A stretch of DNA of 44,566 nucleotides from Gemmatimonas sp. (GCA_031414535.1 JANNVQ010000039.1:1-44566), one strand, 5' to 3'. Positions 18,127-29,195 are shown, counted from the first letter of the stretch. Numbers and translations are program-made. The notes: generated from the letters alone by a model not told the origin.

Positions 18127-19722
18127 TTAGTCCGCAGGGTTGTTGTCATCAATGTCCACGCCGGCCGCGCGGAGGCGCTTCTCACCAACGTAGGTCACCA
18201 CGACGAGATAGACGAGAATGGCCGCGATGGTCAGCATGCCGGCTCGCGCTCCCGTGTTGGACCACGAAGCCTCGAGGGACGACTTAAAGTTCTGCACCGT
18301 GAAGCCGACGAATACGATGATCAAGTACGCCGGCGCGATGTACTTCATAATCACCTTGAACACTACGGGCACCTGAATGGAGGCGCCCTGGTGCAACTCC
18401 TTCCATCCGCGCTCGATGCCAAACACCCACCCGAAGTAGATGATCTGCACCATCGCGAGCACGAAGATCAAGTAGGTGCCAACCCAGAAGTCCACCGTGC
18501 TCCAGAACGAGCCGCCTGCGGTGAACCAGAGCGTGAGCACCGCACCGATGGTTCCGATGATGGCGATCACGGTCGTGGACTTTCCGTGCGACCAGTTCGT
18601 GGCTTCCTTCAGGTGCGCCGTGGCCGGCGCATACATCGAGAGCGAGCTGGTAATGGCGGCCAACCAGAGCATGAAGAACCAGATGGCCCCGATGACGTTC
18701 TCAAAGGCGCCCATCTGGGCGAACACCACCGGCAGCGTATTGAAGCCGAGTCCGAAGGACCCCGTGGCGACGGCGCCCGCCGTGCCGCTGACTCCAAGGA
18801 AGACGAAGGCCGCAGTGAGCGTGATCATGCCGCCGAAGCCGACTTCAAAGAGTTCGTTGGTCGCAGACGCCGTGAGGCCAGAGAGCGCCACATCATCTTT
18901 GGCCTTCATATACGAGGCGTAATTGATAATGACGCCGAAGCCGACCGACAGAGAGAAGAAGATCTGACCAGCGGCTGCGAGCCAAGTCTGGAAGTTCCCG
19001 AGCTTGGAGAAGTCGGGGTTCCACATGTAGCCAAGGCCGTTGATCACGTTCTGATCAGGCATCGTCGGATCCGGTGTGCCAAGCGTCAACACGCGAATGA
19101 GCACGATGAGTGCGCAGACAGCCATGATCGGCATCGCGAACGAAACGAACTTCTCGATGCCCTTGGACAATCCGCGGAACACGAAGAAAATGTTCACTGT
19201 AAACACGAAGATCCAACTGAGCACGGTGAACTTCGAGTCGCCAGTGAAGAGCAATCCATCACCATCCACGCCGGTAATCAGGGAGTAGAACGACCCCGAC
19301 TGCGCCGTCTGCGTCGCGATGTCGGCGGTTGCGTCAATGCCAATGCCGCCACTCAAGTACTTGAGGAAGTATGCGAAGGTCCACGTCTCAATGAACACGT
19401 AGTACGTGGACACACCGAGCGGAATGAGCACGCCGAGCACACCCAAGTAGCGCGCGAGACGGCCACGGCCAATCGCGCCCAATACCATTGGCGCACCGTG
19501 CAGTCCCTTCTTGCCGCCGTACTTACCCATGGTCCACTCAGCCCATCCAATGGGGAGGCCGAGCAGGAAGAGCGCACAAAAATACGGAATCAGGAACGCG
19601 CCACCACCGTTCGCGGCCGCCTGGCCGGGAAAGCGGAGGAAGTTACCGAGGCCCACGGCGGATCCCGCAACTGCGAGAATCACGCCAAGTTTACTGCCCC
19701 ATTCTTCCTTGTTTTCTGACAT
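18127..19722 (-). CDS. Sodium-dependent transporter, NSS/SNF (LeuT-like) family
   Basis: 'WGSKLGVILAVAGSAVGLGNFLRFP', 'GGGAFLIPY', 'AAAGQIFFSLSVGFG', 'AAITSSLS'. Confidence 0.94.
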   Translation of the reverse strand: MSENKEEWGSKLGVILAVAGSAVGLGNFLRFPGQAAANGGGAFLIPYFCALFLLGLPIGWAEWTMGKYGGKKGLHGAPMVLGAIGRGRLARYLGVLGVLIPLGVSTYYVFIETWTFAYFLKYLSGGIGIDATADIATQTAQSGSFYSLITGVDGDGLLFTGDSKFTVLSWIFVFTVNIFFVFRGLSKGIEKFVSFAMPIMAVCALIVLIRVLTLGTPDPTMPDQNVINGLGYMWNPDFSKLGNFQTWLAAAGQIFFSLSVGFGVIINYASYMKAKDDVALSGLTASATNELFEVGFGGMITLTAAFVFLGVSGTAGAVATGSFGLGFNTLPVVFAQMGAFENVIGAIWFFMLWLAAITSSLSMYAPATAHLKEATNWSHGKSTTVIAIIGTIGAVLTLWFTAGGSFWSTVDFWVGTYLIFVLAMVQIIYFGWVFGIERGWKELHQGASIQVPVVFKVIMKYIAPAYLIIVFVGFTVQNFKSSLEASWSNTGARAGMLTIAAILVYLVVVTYVGEKRLRAAGVDIDDNNPAD

Positions 19723-19800
19723 TCTGGTTCTGTCCGGGGGAGGGAGGAAACGACAGGATCAGGAGCCGTACAGCAATCACATCCTGCGGAAGATTACACC

Positions 19801-19834
19801 GAAGCGTCCCCGTGGCTACCCGCGGGGACGCTTC
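19801..19834. terminator. GC-rich hairpin downstream of the S9 peptidase gene
   Basis: GAAGCGTCCCCG...CGGGGACGCTTC 12-bp stem. No strong U-tract on the minus strand. Confidence 0.5.
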
Positions 19835-19860
19835 TTGCTACCACGGAACGTGTGCCCCGA

Positions 19861-21993
19861 TCACCGAGCGGGCTGCAGGTAATGCCCAAACCAGTCGCGG
19901 AGCCGTCCGAGGCGGTCCACCAGCAACCAAGGCTCGCCCGTGCGCGACAGGTCGTGCGTGCTGCGCGGATACCGCACGAACTCCACCGGCACCCCCTGTC
20001 GCACCAGCGCCGCAAACCACTGCTCGGCGTCCGTCATCGGCGTGCGATGGTCTTCCTCGGACTGCAGGATGAACGTCGGTGTCTTCACGCGGCGCACGTT
20101 CCGGATGGGCGACAGCGAGTCGTACATCGCGGGGTTGTCCCAGGGGCGGCCGTAGAACTCAAACTCCGTGAGGCCCTGCGCGTCGGACGTGCCGTACCAA
20201 GACCACCAGTTGGAGATCATGCGGTCGGCCTGCGCTGCCTTAAAGCGATTCGTCTGGGTGGTGATCCACGCAACCATCACGCCGCCGTAGGAACCGCCGG
20301 TGACACCCATGCGCGTAGAATCCACATCGGCGCGCGCCGCCGCGATGTCCACGGCCTTCATCAGATCTTGGTAATCCTCAGCGAACCAACGGCCGCGTGT
20401 ACTGAACGTGAAGTCCGCCCCGTAACCGCTGGAGCCACGCGGATTGGTGTAGAGCACCATGAAACCTGCGGCGGCGAGGTTCTGCGTTTCGTCAAACCAC
20501 TGCTCGCCATACTGGGAGTGCGGGCCGCCGTGGATGTACATCACCAGCGGGTACTTCTTGCCGGCCTCATATCCAAACGGCTTCATGAGCCAGCCTTCAA
20601 TCTCAAGCCCACCGACAGACGGATACACGATGCGCTCGGCGTCGGACCAAGCAATCTCACGGTTGAGCGAATCGTTGAAGCTCGTGAGCTTGCGCTCACC
20701 CTGGCCATTCGCGCTCGCCACGTAGAGTTCGGTCGGCTGGGTGACGCTCGTGGAGATGTAGGCCACGTTGCGTGCGGCCGCATCGAATGAGAAGTCGCTC
20801 ACCTTGCGACGACCGCTGAGTACCGTGCGCATCTGCACGGTACGCGGATTCACTAGGTGCAGCGCCGAGCTTCCCCCGATGTCGGCGTCCATCGCAATCT
20901 CGCCAGACTGCAGCCACTCGATACTACCCGGCTCGTAGCGCCAAGTAGAGGTGAGATTGGTTGGTGCGCCACCCGCTGCATTGATCACCATCAAGCGCGC
21001 ATTGGACGTACGCGTCTCGCGGTGCACAAACGCCAACTGCCGACCATCCGGCGACCAAATGACATTCGACTCGGCGCCCGTAAGCGCGGCCAGCTTGCGC
21101 GGCTCGCCGCCAGCGACGGCGACGATATAGATGTCGGCGTCGTTGCGCGGCGCTTCGTCGCGCGCGCGGTCGTACGGCAGGCGAGAGAGCGAATCGTTGA
21201 TGGCCTGCACCACAGAATCAGGACGCAAGTTCGCGTCGGCGATGAAGGCGATGAAGCGGCCGTCCGGCGAGACCACTGGATTGCGATGCGAATAGGCCGT
21301 GCGCGTCAGTTGCTCGCGGGGCGCGCCGGGCACCTGCGTGAAGATCTGCTGCGGACGCGCCTGCGGCGCCGTGCGCGCGCCGGGGATGAAGCCTTGGCCA
21401 TTGGCCTTGTAGCGCGCACTCGTGATGTGACGACCATCAAAGCGCGCAGGGTCCACCGGCTTAGTGACGGCACCAAAGGGCGGGCGCGCAACCGCGAGCA
21501 TACGCCCAAAAGGATCGGTGCCTGGAGCGGCCGCAGTAGCGGCGGAGTCCGTGGTAACCGGCGCAGAGAACACCGCGAACTTGCCATCGCGCGGCCAAGA
21601 GCCCGTGGGCCAGTTCTCTAACTGACTTGCCTCACCGCTTGGCGCATCCATCCGAATGGCCCAGGTGTTGCCACTGCCGCCGGGTCGCTGTGACGAGAAG
21701 AGGAGATACTTGCCGTCGGGCGAGAAGCGCGGCGCGCTGCTCTCGTAGCCCGGCGAGGTGTAGCGCGTGGGAGTGCCGCCCGCACTCGGCACTGCCCACA
21801 CTTCCTGATGGCGCTTGTTCTCGCGCTCGTTGACGGTAGTCACGGTGAACGCGATGACGCGCCCGTCCGGTGACATCGCCGGCTGCGAGACAGTGGTGAG
21901 ACGATGCCAATCGTTGGGCTGCATCGCGCGCTGAGCATCGAGCGCCAACGGCGCCAGCGTGAGAGCAGCAGCGGCCAAGCGGAGTGCAATCAT
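19861..21993 (-). CDS. S9C family peptidase (acylaminoacyl/dipeptidyl aminopeptidase-like)
   Basis: Signal peptide from MIALRL (21993), SPDG propeller repeats, IHGGPH, GGSYGG, 'EEDHRTP', 'STHDLSR'. Confidence 0.92.
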   Translation of the reverse strand: MIALRLAAAALTLAPLALDAQRAMQPNDWHRLTTVSQPAMSPDGRVIAFTVTTVNERENKRHQEVWAVPSAGGTPTRYTSPGYESSAPRFSPDGKYLLFSSQRPGGSGNTWAIRMDAPSGEASQLENWPTGSWPRDGKFAVFSAPVTTDSAATAAAPGTDPFGRMLAVARPPFGAVTKPVDPARFDGRHITSARYKANGQGFIPGARTAPQARPQQIFTQVPGAPREQLTRTAYSHRNPVVSPDGRFIAFIADANLRPDSVVQAINDSLSRLPYDRARDEAPRNDADIYIVAVAGGEPRKLAALTGAESNVIWSPDGRQLAFVHRETRTSNARLMVINAAGGAPTNLTSTWRYEPGSIEWLQSGEIAMDADIGGSSALHLVNPRTVQMRTVLSGRRKVSDFSFDAAARNVAYISTSVTQPTELYVASANGQGERKLTSFNDSLNREIAWSDAERIVYPSVGGLEIEGWLMKPFGYEAGKKYPLVMYIHGGPHSQYGEQWFDETQNLAAAGFMVLYTNPRGSSGYGADFTFSTRGRWFAEDYQDLMKAVDIAAARADVDSTRMGVTGGSYGGVMVAWITTQTNRFKAAQADRMISNWWSWYGTSDAQGLTEFEFYGRPWDNPAMYDSLSPIRNVRRVKTPTFILQSEEDHRTPMTDAEQWFAALVRQGVPVEFVRYPRSTHDLSRTGEPWLLVDRLGRLRDWFGHYLQPAR

Positions 21994-22037
21994 TAAGGTT
22001 TGAAGCTCGTTAGAGGGTCCAAGAGAGACTACGCCGG

Positions 22038-22700
22038 TCACGGGTCGAGTGCTGTACCGCTGGTGCTGCCACCCGTTGAGCCGGCATGCAACAACTCGAG
22101 CGTCAAGCGCTGGATATCAATGCGGCGCGGCGCAATCCACCATGCAGTGGCGCGGTCTGCGGTTCGCATGATGGCGAAGGCGAATTGCGAATCCGTGCCC
22201 GTTTGCAGCACCTGCACCGGCGGGAAGACGCGCGGCAACGGCTCCACGCAGATGGCGCGCTGGGTCATGGGGCGGTTTTCGCAGGTGCGGGGGTCCGGCA
22301 ACTGCGCGCGCGGGTCGGCTTGCGTCTCGTACCATTCGGAAGAGCGTACATACTCCGCAACGGCCAGTTCGAACTGCGCCGTCTCACCCGCGCCCGCTTC
22401 GCGCCAACCGTTCAAGCGGAGCACCTCCGACGCGGCGAGACGAAGCTCCTGCGCCGCGAATGCCTGTGAAGCTGAATCTTCCCCGGGCAGGGTGCCAGCG
22501 AAATGCGCGCCGGGGAGGCCCCATCTGTATGTAGCTCCGCTGGGTAGAGCGTTCAGGATCTCACGATCCGTGGGTCCCTTCGGCAGAGCGCCGTACACCA
22601 TGCGCCCGTCCTCAGCCACGGCACGGGGCTGCGACACGCGGGCGAACGGTTGCCCGCAACCAACCAGCAGCAGAGCGAGGAAGAGAAATCGACTATTCAA
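22038..22700 (-). CDS. Hypothetical lipoprotein (possibly DUF4136-like)
   Basis: TTG start at 22700 after GGAGG, overlapping the upstream gene stop. Lipobox LLVGC. The DUF4136 resemblance is only impressionistic. Confidence 0.6.
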   Translation of the reverse strand: MNSRFLFLALLLVGCGQPFARVSQPRAVAEDGRMVYGALPKGPTDREILNALPSGATYRWGLPGAHFAGTLPGEDSASQAFAAQELRLAASEVLRLNGWREAGAGETAQFELAVAEYVRSSEWYETQADPRAQLPDPRTCENRPMTQRAICVEPLPRVFPPVQVLQTGTDSQFAFAIMRTADRATAWWIAPRRIDIQRLTLELLHAGSTGGSTSGTALDP

Positions 22701-23871
22701 GCATCCTCCGAAGGAGTCGCCCGGCACGCGAGGCCGCCTCGGCAATGCGTGAGGGGCTTGTAATGAATGAAATACGGAAGAATCCCTCGCCGCCCGCGCC
22801 GAGTGACGAGCCCGCCAGCGCGATGACGCCCTCCTCCTGCATGAGGCGCTCGTGGAACTCCAGCGAGGCGATCCCCTTGGGAAGCGGCACCCAGAGGTAC
22901 ATCGAGGCTTTTGGCGCCTCGACGTGGAAACCGTTGGCGTTGAATGCCGCGACGGCTGCATCGCGACGCTCCTTGAACACGGCAATATTTCCCGGCAGCC
23001 ACTCCGCGTGGCTCTCCAGCGCCGCTACGCCCGCGGCCTGTACCGCCATGAACTGGCCCGTATCGAGGAAGCTCTTCGTCTTGCTGAGCGCGCCCACGAG
23101 TTCGGCGTTGCCGCAGGCCCACGCGCAGCGCCAGCCGGTCATGTTGTACGTCTTCGACAACGAGTGGAACTCGATGGCCACATCTCGTGCACCCGGCACA
23201 TCGAAGATACTCGGCGCCACGTAGCCGTCGAAGGTCAACTCGGAGTACGCGTTGTCGAACAGAAGAACGATGCCTAGCTCCTTGCAGCGCTTCACGACAC
23301 GCTCGAGGTAGTCCATCGGCGCAATTGCCGCCGTTGGGTTGTTGGGATAATTCAGGAACAACACCTTGGCGCGCTTGAGAATGTCGGCGGGAATCTCATC
23401 CAGCTCAACTAAGAAGTTGGTGCGCGGCGTGATCGGGTAGAGATACGGCTCGGCTTCGCTGAGCAGCGTACCGCCGAGGTAGGCGAGGTAGCCGGGATCG
23501 GGAATGATGGCGACGTCACCCTTCTGCAGAGTCGCAAAGCAAAAGTGCGCGATGCCTTCCTTGGAGCCAATGAGCGGCACGATCTCCTTGAAGGGATCGA
23601 AGCGATGCCCGAAGCGCTTCTCCATCCACGCGCTGACGGCCTCGCGATACTTGGGGAGGCCGAGCCCGAAGCCATAGCGACTCATCCCAGGGTCCTTCAC
23701 CGCCGTGATCAGAGCTTCGACCGCCTTGGGCGGCGCGGCGAGGTCGGCATCGCCGGCACCGAGGTCAATGACATCCACGCCGCGCGCGATAAGGTCGCGC
23801 TTCTTTTGCGGAATGGTGGCGAGCAGATAGACGGGGAGCGAATCGAAGCGATCGGTAGTGCGCACGGTCAC
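22693..23871 (-). CDS. PLP-dependent class I/II aminotransferase (LL-diaminopimelate aminotransferase-like)
   Basis: 'LIGSKEGIAH', 'LNYPNNPT', 'DNAYSE', 'EFHSLSKTYNMTGWR', 'GEGFFRIS'. Confidence 0.9.
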   Translation of the reverse strand: MTVRTTDRFDSLPVYLLATIPQKKRDLIARGVDVIDLGAGDADLAAPPKAVEALITAVKDPGMSRYGFGLGLPKYREAVSAWMEKRFGHRFDPFKEIVPLIGSKEGIAHFCFATLQKGDVAIIPDPGYLAYLGGTLLSEAEPYLYPITPRTNFLVELDEIPADILKRAKVLFLNYPNNPTAAIAPMDYLERVVKRCKELGIVLLFDNAYSELTFDGYVAPSIFDVPGARDVAIEFHSLSKTYNMTGWRCAWACGNAELVGALSKTKSFLDTGQFMAVQAAGVAALESHAEWLPGNIAVFKERRDAAVAAFNANGFHVEAPKASMYLWVPLPKGIASLEFHERLMQEEGVIALAGSSLGAGGEGFFRISFITSPSRIAEAASRAGRLLRRMLE

Positions 23872-23888
23872 GAGAGCTGAGGGAATAC

Positions 23889-23932
23889 ACCGACGGGGTC
23901 CCCGAAACGTAATGTTCGAAGACCCCGCCGGT
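23889..23932. terminator. Intergenic hairpin
   Basis: ACCGACGGGGTC...GACCCCGCCGGT stem between the propeller gene stop and the aminotransferase start. Confidence 0.45.
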
Positions 23933-23948
23933 CACGCGGTGTTCCCAG

Positions 23949-23989
23949 CTTAGGGCGCCAAACTTAGGGCGCCAAACTTAGGGCGCCAA
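23949..23989. repeat. Three tandem copies of a 14-bp unit containing the gene's stop codon
   Basis: CTTAGGGCGCCAAA x3, the last copy ending in G. Confidence 0.95.
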
Positions 23990-26900
23990 GGTCACGCCCT
24001 TGGGACGGAGTTCGTTGCCGAGCCGCACGGCCTCGCTCAGCACGCTATCGGCTTCCCGCATGGCCGGCGTGAGCCCAGCGCGCACTTCGCGCAACTGTCG
24101 TTGCACGGCGTCACTGGGCAGCTCCCACGTACTAATCACGCCTGCCTTGAGACCGATGAAGCGCGCATAGACGTTTCCGCCCTGAAGATTGCCCTGCCCG
24201 CCACGCCCACCCTGCGCTCCCGGCGCAGCCGGCGCAGGCTGCGGGGCGATCCCGAGTCCGAAGCTGGGGCGAATCGCCTCGAGGCGGCTCTTGATGGCCG
24301 TCAGACGCGCACGCTCATCCGTGCTGAGTTGCGCCGAGTCGGCGCGCTGCTCGGCGGCGGTGACCTGTTGACGCAGCGTGGTGAGGCGAGCGACAACCGT
24401 GGCCGCGCGCGCGTGCTCCGCGTGGAGATCCCGTGCGAAGCGATCGTATGCGGCTCGCTCCTGCGCCGAGAAGCGCAGCGCCGGATCCGCGACCACGGTA
24501 ATTGGCTTGCGATCAACGACTTGACCATCCGCCACGATCTCAACGGTGTAGGTACCTGGCGAGACATAGGGGCCCGCGTTGGCGCCACCACCGAAACCGA
24601 AGCCGCCTCCGCCCCCCTGGCCTGCGCCACAAGGACTCACGGGGCGAAAACCGACATCGGGAAGCGGCGCGCGAACGCCCGGTACCGGACGATTCGTGCC
24701 CTGACCCGCGGCCCCGCCTTGTCCAGCAGGACCGCCGGCCCCAGGTCCGGGACCGGCAGGAGCAGCCGCAGCGGTACCTACAGGCGCGACGCGCATATCC
24801 CAGCAGATCAACTGCATGCCCGCCGCGCGCTTGGCCTCAGGCACTGGCAGCGCGCGAATGACTTCGTTGCGAGCTCCCCTGACGCGGAGCTCCATGGCCT
24901 GTGGCGCGCGCGACACGTGAAACTGCAACACGGCCTCCACCGGGGGGTTCTCCCCCGTGAACCACTGATGCCCCCAGAACTCGTCCATGCGATCGTCGGT
25001 GTACTTCCACTGCAGCGCGCGCGTGGGCGTGAAGAGCGTAGCGGCGCGGTTCGCCAACTTCGCTGCCGCCAATTCTTGCACCGGCGCGAGATCGTCAAGC
25101 ACAAAAACCGAGCGACCGTGCGTGGCCACAATCATCGCATTGTCGCGCGGATGAATCGTGATCTCATCAATGCGTACGTCGGGGAGATTTGCCTTGAAGC
25201 GACGCCAAGTCGCACCGCGGTCAAGGGAGATGAAGAGGCCCGTCTCAGCCCCGGCGTAGAGCACATCTGCATTGCGCACATCTTCCGTGATCGTGCGCAC
25301 GACTTCGCCCGCGAGGCCCGCATCGATGCGGCGAAAGCTTGCACCAAAGTCTTCCGTCGCCCACACGTACGGGCGGTAGTCATTCTGCCGATAGTTGGGC
25401 ACCACCACATACGCGCGGCCGACAGCGGCCTTCGAGGCCACCACCTTGCCCACGTAGGCGAGTGCCGGGAAGCCTGGAATGTTGGCCGTCACGTTCGTCC
25501 AGGTCGCGCCACCGTCGCGCGAGACCTGCACGATGCCATCATCTGTGCCAACCCAAAGCACACCACGTTGCGCCGGAGACTCCGCCAGCGTGACGATTGC
25601 CGGCCAGAACGAAATGCCGTCGTTGGCGGCGGTACGAATCTCGCGGCCAATCACACCCATCGTGCGGATGGTGTCGCGACTGGCATTCGTCGTGAGGTCC
25701 GGCGAGACCACCGTCCACGAATCGCCGCGGTCGGTGGAGCGGAAGACCTTCTGCGCTGCCACGTACATCACGCTGGCATCATGCGGAGAGAGCATCATCG
25801 GCGCATCCCATTGATATCGGAAGGCCTCACCCGGGGCCGGCGCGGGTGACACATTCTGCGGACCGGGACGGATGGCCCTCGACTCGCCCGTGACGACGTT
25901 GCGGCGAATCATGTTACCGTTCTGCGATTCCGTGTAGACGATGCGCGCATCACGCGGATCGGGAATGGCGTGAAATCCGTCGCCGCCAAGAATCTGGAAC
26001 CAATCGTGGTTGAGGATGCCGCGACCGAAGCGCGAGCGGCTGGGTCCGCACCAGTTGTAATTGTCCTGCATGCCGCCGCAGATGTTGAACGGCGTGCTCA
26101 TGTCGTAGCTCACGTGGTAAAACAGGCCCACGGGAAGATTAGGCACAAACTGCCAGCTCTTGGCCTGATCAAACGACGAGGACACGCCGCCGTCGTTCCC
26201 GATGATGATGTGCTGCGGGTTCGCCGGATTCACCCACAGCGCGTGGATGTCGTCGTGCGTCACCATTGCTGCATCTGTCTCGGTGGTCTTGCCGCCATCA
26301 ATAGACATGTGCAGGCCGACGCCGCCGTAGTACACGGTCTCGGGATTGGTGGGATCTACCAAGACCTTGGAGAAGTACATGGGGCGCGGATTGATGGAGT
26401 TCACGCGCGTCCACGTCAGTCCAGCGTCGTTGGAGCGCCAGAGCCCGTTGATCTGACCGGCGCTCGGCGCACTCGGAGCGCCTTCCGCGGGTGCGGCTCC
26501 CGCTCCCGTCGGCGCTTCCACCAGTGAGTACACCACGTCGGGATTGCTGCGCGAGATGTCTACGGCAATGCGGCCGAGTTCGCCGCTGGGGTAGCCACCA
26601 GCCACGCGCGACCACGTCTCGCCGCCATCGGTGGAGCGAAACAAACCGCTGCCGGGACCGCCGCCATTCATGCAGCAGGCGCTGCGACGGCGCTGATACA
26701 TAGAAGCGAAGAGGACCTTGGAATCACGCGCCGACATCACAATGTCATTCGCGCCCGTGTCGTCATCGCCCGAGAGCACGCGGCGCCAAGTGCCGCCGCC
26801 GTCGGTGGTCTTGTACACGCCACGCTCGCCACCGCTGCCAAACAGTGGGCCCGTGGCCGCCACGAACACCACATCGTTGTTCGTGGGGTCAATGATGATG

Positions 26901-27346
26901 CGATGAATGTGCTTGGATTCGCGCAGGCCCATATTCGTCCACGTCGCACCCCCGTCAGTGGACTTCCAGACTCCACTGCCCCAACTGGTAGACTGGCGAT
27001 TGTTGCTCTCGCCTCCGCCCGCCCATACGAGGTTCGCGTCACGCTGCGAGACCGTGACGTCGCCAAACGACATCAACCCGTTGTCCTGCAGCATGGGCGT
27101 CCACGTGACGCCTGCGGACGTGGTCTTCCATACGCCGCCGTGCGCGCTCGCCACGTACCAAATGGCGGGATTGGCTTCGTACACCGCGACGTCGGCAATA
27201 CGACCCGACATGGTAGCGGGCCCGATGGAGCGAAAATGCAGCGCGTTCAGCTCCTCGGCGACGGGAACCTGGGCGGCGGCGGGGGCCGCAACCGCGTACG
27301 CAATCGCGAGCGCGACGATGAAGAGCAAACGACCAGCACGTGACAC
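23978..27346 (-). CDS. Secreted BNR/Asp-box (VPS10/sialidase-like) beta-propeller protein
   Basis: 'FRSIGPATMSGRI', many S-x-D-G-G-x-T-W Asp boxes, 'GGMQDN', 'ATHGRS'. GTG start at 27346 after GGAG. Confidence 0.88.
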   Translation of the reverse strand: MSRAGRLLFIVALAIAYAVAAPAAAQVPVAEELNALHFRSIGPATMSGRIADVAVYEANPAIWYVASAHGGVWKTTSAGVTWTPMLQDNGLMSFGDVTVSQRDANLVWAGGGESNNRQSTSWGSGVWKSTDGGATWTNMGLRESKHIHRIIIDPTNNDVVFVAATGPLFGSGGERGVYKTTDGGGTWRRVLSGDDDTGANDIVMSARDSKVLFASMYQRRRSACCMNGGGPGSGLFRSTDGGETWSRVAGGYPSGELGRIAVDISRSNPDVVYSLVEAPTGAGAAPAEGAPSAPSAGQINGLWRSNDAGLTWTRVNSINPRPMYFSKVLVDPTNPETVYYGGVGLHMSIDGGKTTETDAAMVTHDDIHALWVNPANPQHIIIGNDGGVSSSFDQAKSWQFVPNLPVGLFYHVSYDMSTPFNICGGMQDNYNWCGPSRSRFGRGILNHDWFQILGGDGFHAIPDPRDARIVYTESQNGNMIRRNVVTGESRAIRPGPQNVSPAPAPGEAFRYQWDAPMMLSPHDASVMYVAAQKVFRSTDRGDSWTVVSPDLTTNASRDTIRTMGVIGREIRTAANDGISFWPAIVTLAESPAQRGVLWVGTDDGIVQVSRDGGATWTNVTANIPGFPALAYVGKVVASKAAVGRAYVVVPNYRQNDYRPYVWATEDFGASFRRIDAGLAGEVVRTITEDVRNADVLYAGAETGLFISLDRGATWRRFKANLPDVRIDEITIHPRDNAMIVATHGRSVFVLDDLAPVQELAAAKLANRAATLFTPTRALQWKYTDDRMDEFWGHQWFTGENPPVEAVLQFHVSRAPQAMELRVRGARNEVIRALPVPEAKRAAGMQLICWDMRVAPVGTAAAAPAGPGPGAGGPAGQGGAAGQGTNRPVPGVRAPLPDVGFRPVSPCGAGQGGGGGFGFGGGANAGPYVSPGTYTVEIVADGQVVDRKPITVVADPALRFSAQERAAYDRFARDLHAEHARAATVVARLTTLRQQVTAAEQRADSAQLSTDERARLTAIKSRLEAIRPSFGLGIAPQPAPAAPGAQGGRGGQGNLQGGNVYARFIGLKAGVISTWELPSDAVQRQLREVRAGLTPAMREADSVLSEAVRLGNELRPKGVTLAP

Positions 27347-27468
27347 AGGAGGAGTCTCCGCACGAAAGGGGTGAGCACACAGCGCGAGGAATCTACGACC
27401 CGTGACGCCGCTTTGCTGAGCGAGAAGGCCCATCGCAAGGCGCGCCGTAAGCGGCCATATTGCATGGC

Positions 27469-27840
27469 ATGTCTAACACCACCGCTACCGTCCGCCCTGC
27501 TGACAGCGTCTCGCCAACCGTGATTCCTGCCGGTCGCGACGCGGCCGTCCGCGTGCTCGTCGGCCCCCAGCAGGGCGACACCAACTTCGTGCTCCGCCGC
27601 TTCACCTTTGGCACGGGCGGCGGCATGCCCCTGCATACGAACCTCGTGGAGCATCAGCAATACGTGCTGCGCGGCAAAGCCCGCATTCGTATTGCCGATA
27701 CGGTGCATGAAGTGACGGCCGACGACACCCTGTTCATTCCGGCCGGAGTCCCGCACGCGTATGAAGTTATTGACGGACCCTTTGAATTCATTTGCGTTGT
27801 GCCCGACAAACCCGACCAGGTGACCTTGGTCCAGCCGTGA
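27469..27840 (+). CDS. Cupin domain protein
   Basis: 'MPLHTNLVEHQQYVLRG' and 'FIPAGVPHAY' cupin motifs. Confidence 0.88.
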   Translation: MSNTTATVRPADSVSPTVIPAGRDAAVRVLVGPQQGDTNFVLRRFTFGTGGGMPLHTNLVEHQQYVLRGKARIRIADTVHEVTADDTLFIPAGVPHAYEVIDGPFEFICVVPDKPDQVTLVQP

Positions 27841-29195
27841 GCGTAGCGGCCGCTCAGGATCTCACGCAGGGCTCCATCACCGGACATATCGTCCGGATGG
27901 CGATGCCAATGGCCCTTGGGATGATCTTCCAGACGCTCTATGTGCTGGTGGACCTCTACTTCGTCGCGCAACTCGGCGACACCGCCATCGCCGGCGTCTC
28001 GGCGGCGGGCACGGTGCAATTTGTGGTGATGGCGCTCACGCAGGTGCTGGGCGTCGGCACCACGGTGCTCATTGCGCACGCCATGGGCCGCAAAGATCGC
28101 GTGGACGCCGCGCGTGTGTTTCGGCAGAGTCTCATTCTCTCCGGATTCACGGGTTTGGCAGTGCTCATTGGTGGCTTGGCGTTCGCGGACGTGTTTTTGC
28201 GCGGGGTCGCCGCGGATGCCGGCACGGTCGAAGCCGGCATGATTTACCTCAAGTGGTTCTTGCCGGCGATGGCGCTGCAGTTCGCGCTCATCTCGATGGG
28301 AGCGGCGCTGCGCGGAGCGGGCATCGCGCGCCCGACGATGATCATACAGATGTTCACCGTGGTGCTTAACGCCATCCTCGCACCCGTGCTCATCGCGGGT
28401 TGGTTGACGGGGAAGCCGATGGGTATCGCGGGCGCCGGACTCGCCACCACCATCGCCGTCGCAACGGGCGTCATCGCGGCCACCTGGTACTTCGCCGGCA
28501 AGAATCTCTTTGCGGCGACGGCTGACGAGGCGCCCTACCGGATTGACCTGAGCGTGTGGAAGCGGCTTCTCGCCATTGGTGTGCCCTCGGGCGCCGAATT
28601 TGGGCTCATGTTCGTCACCATGGGCCTGATTTATGGCATCATTGCCAACTTCGGCCCAGCGGCACAGGCCGGCTTCGGTGTTGGCTCTCGCATCATGCAG
28701 TCGCTCTTTCTGCCGGTGATGGCCGTCGCCATCTCCGCTGCACCGATTGCTGGGCAAAACATCGCCGCTGGTCGCAATGATCGTGCGCGCGAGACCTTCT
28801 GGACCGCGGCGAAGCTCTGTTCCGGGCTGATGGCGCTGATGACGGTCTTTGCGCATTGGCGGCCGGAGTGGCTCGTCTCACCATTCGCGAGTGATCCGGT
28901 TGTGGTGGAGGTGGCCTCACACTTTCTGCGGACTATCTCTTGGAACTTCGTGGCCTCGGGCCTCGTGTTCACCTGCTCCAGCATGTTCCAAGCGATGGGG
29001 AACACCATGCCGACGGTAATCTCAAGCCTGGTGCGTCTCTCCGTGTACGCGCCGCCGCTGCTGTGGGTGGCGAGGATGCCCGGTTTTCAGCTACACTGGA
29101 TCTGGCGCGTGTCCGTGATGGCGACGTCCATCCACGCGCTATTTACGCTTTGGCTTTTGAAGGTTGAGAGCGACCGGCGGCTCGGCCCCGCCTGA
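27837..29195 (+). CDS. MATE family efflux transporter
   Basis: 'DLTQGSI...MAMPM...[10 protein letters not shown]', 'LRGAG', 'GIAGAGLAT', 12 TM segments. GTGA overlap with the cupin stop. Confidence 0.92.
   Translation: MSVAAAQDLTQGSITGHIVRMAMPMALGMIFQTLYVLVDLYFVAQLGDTAIAGVSAAGTVQFVVMALTQVLGVGTTVLIAHAMGRKDRVDAARVFRQSLILSGFTGLAVLIGGLAFADVFLRGVAADAGTVEAGMIYLKWFLPAMALQFALISMGAALRGAGIARPTMIIQMFTVVLNAILAPVLIAGWLTGKPMGIAGAGLATTIAVATGVIAATWYFAGKNLFAATADEAPYRIDLSVWKRLLAIGVPSGAEFGLMFVTMGLIYGIIANFGPAAQAGFGVGSRIMQSLFLPVMAVAISAAPIAGQNIAAGRNDRARETFWTAAKLCSGLMALMTVFAHWRPEWLVSPFASDPVVVEVASHFLRTISWNFVASGLVFTCSSMFQAMGNTMPTVISSLVRLSVYAPPLLWVARMPGFQLHWIWRVSVMATSIHALFTLWLLKVESDRRLGPA

Noticed and set aside
23949..23989. 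CRISPR-like repeats (also the intergenic repeat elements)
   Set aside because: No unique spacers between direct repeats, units too short, and no cas genes.
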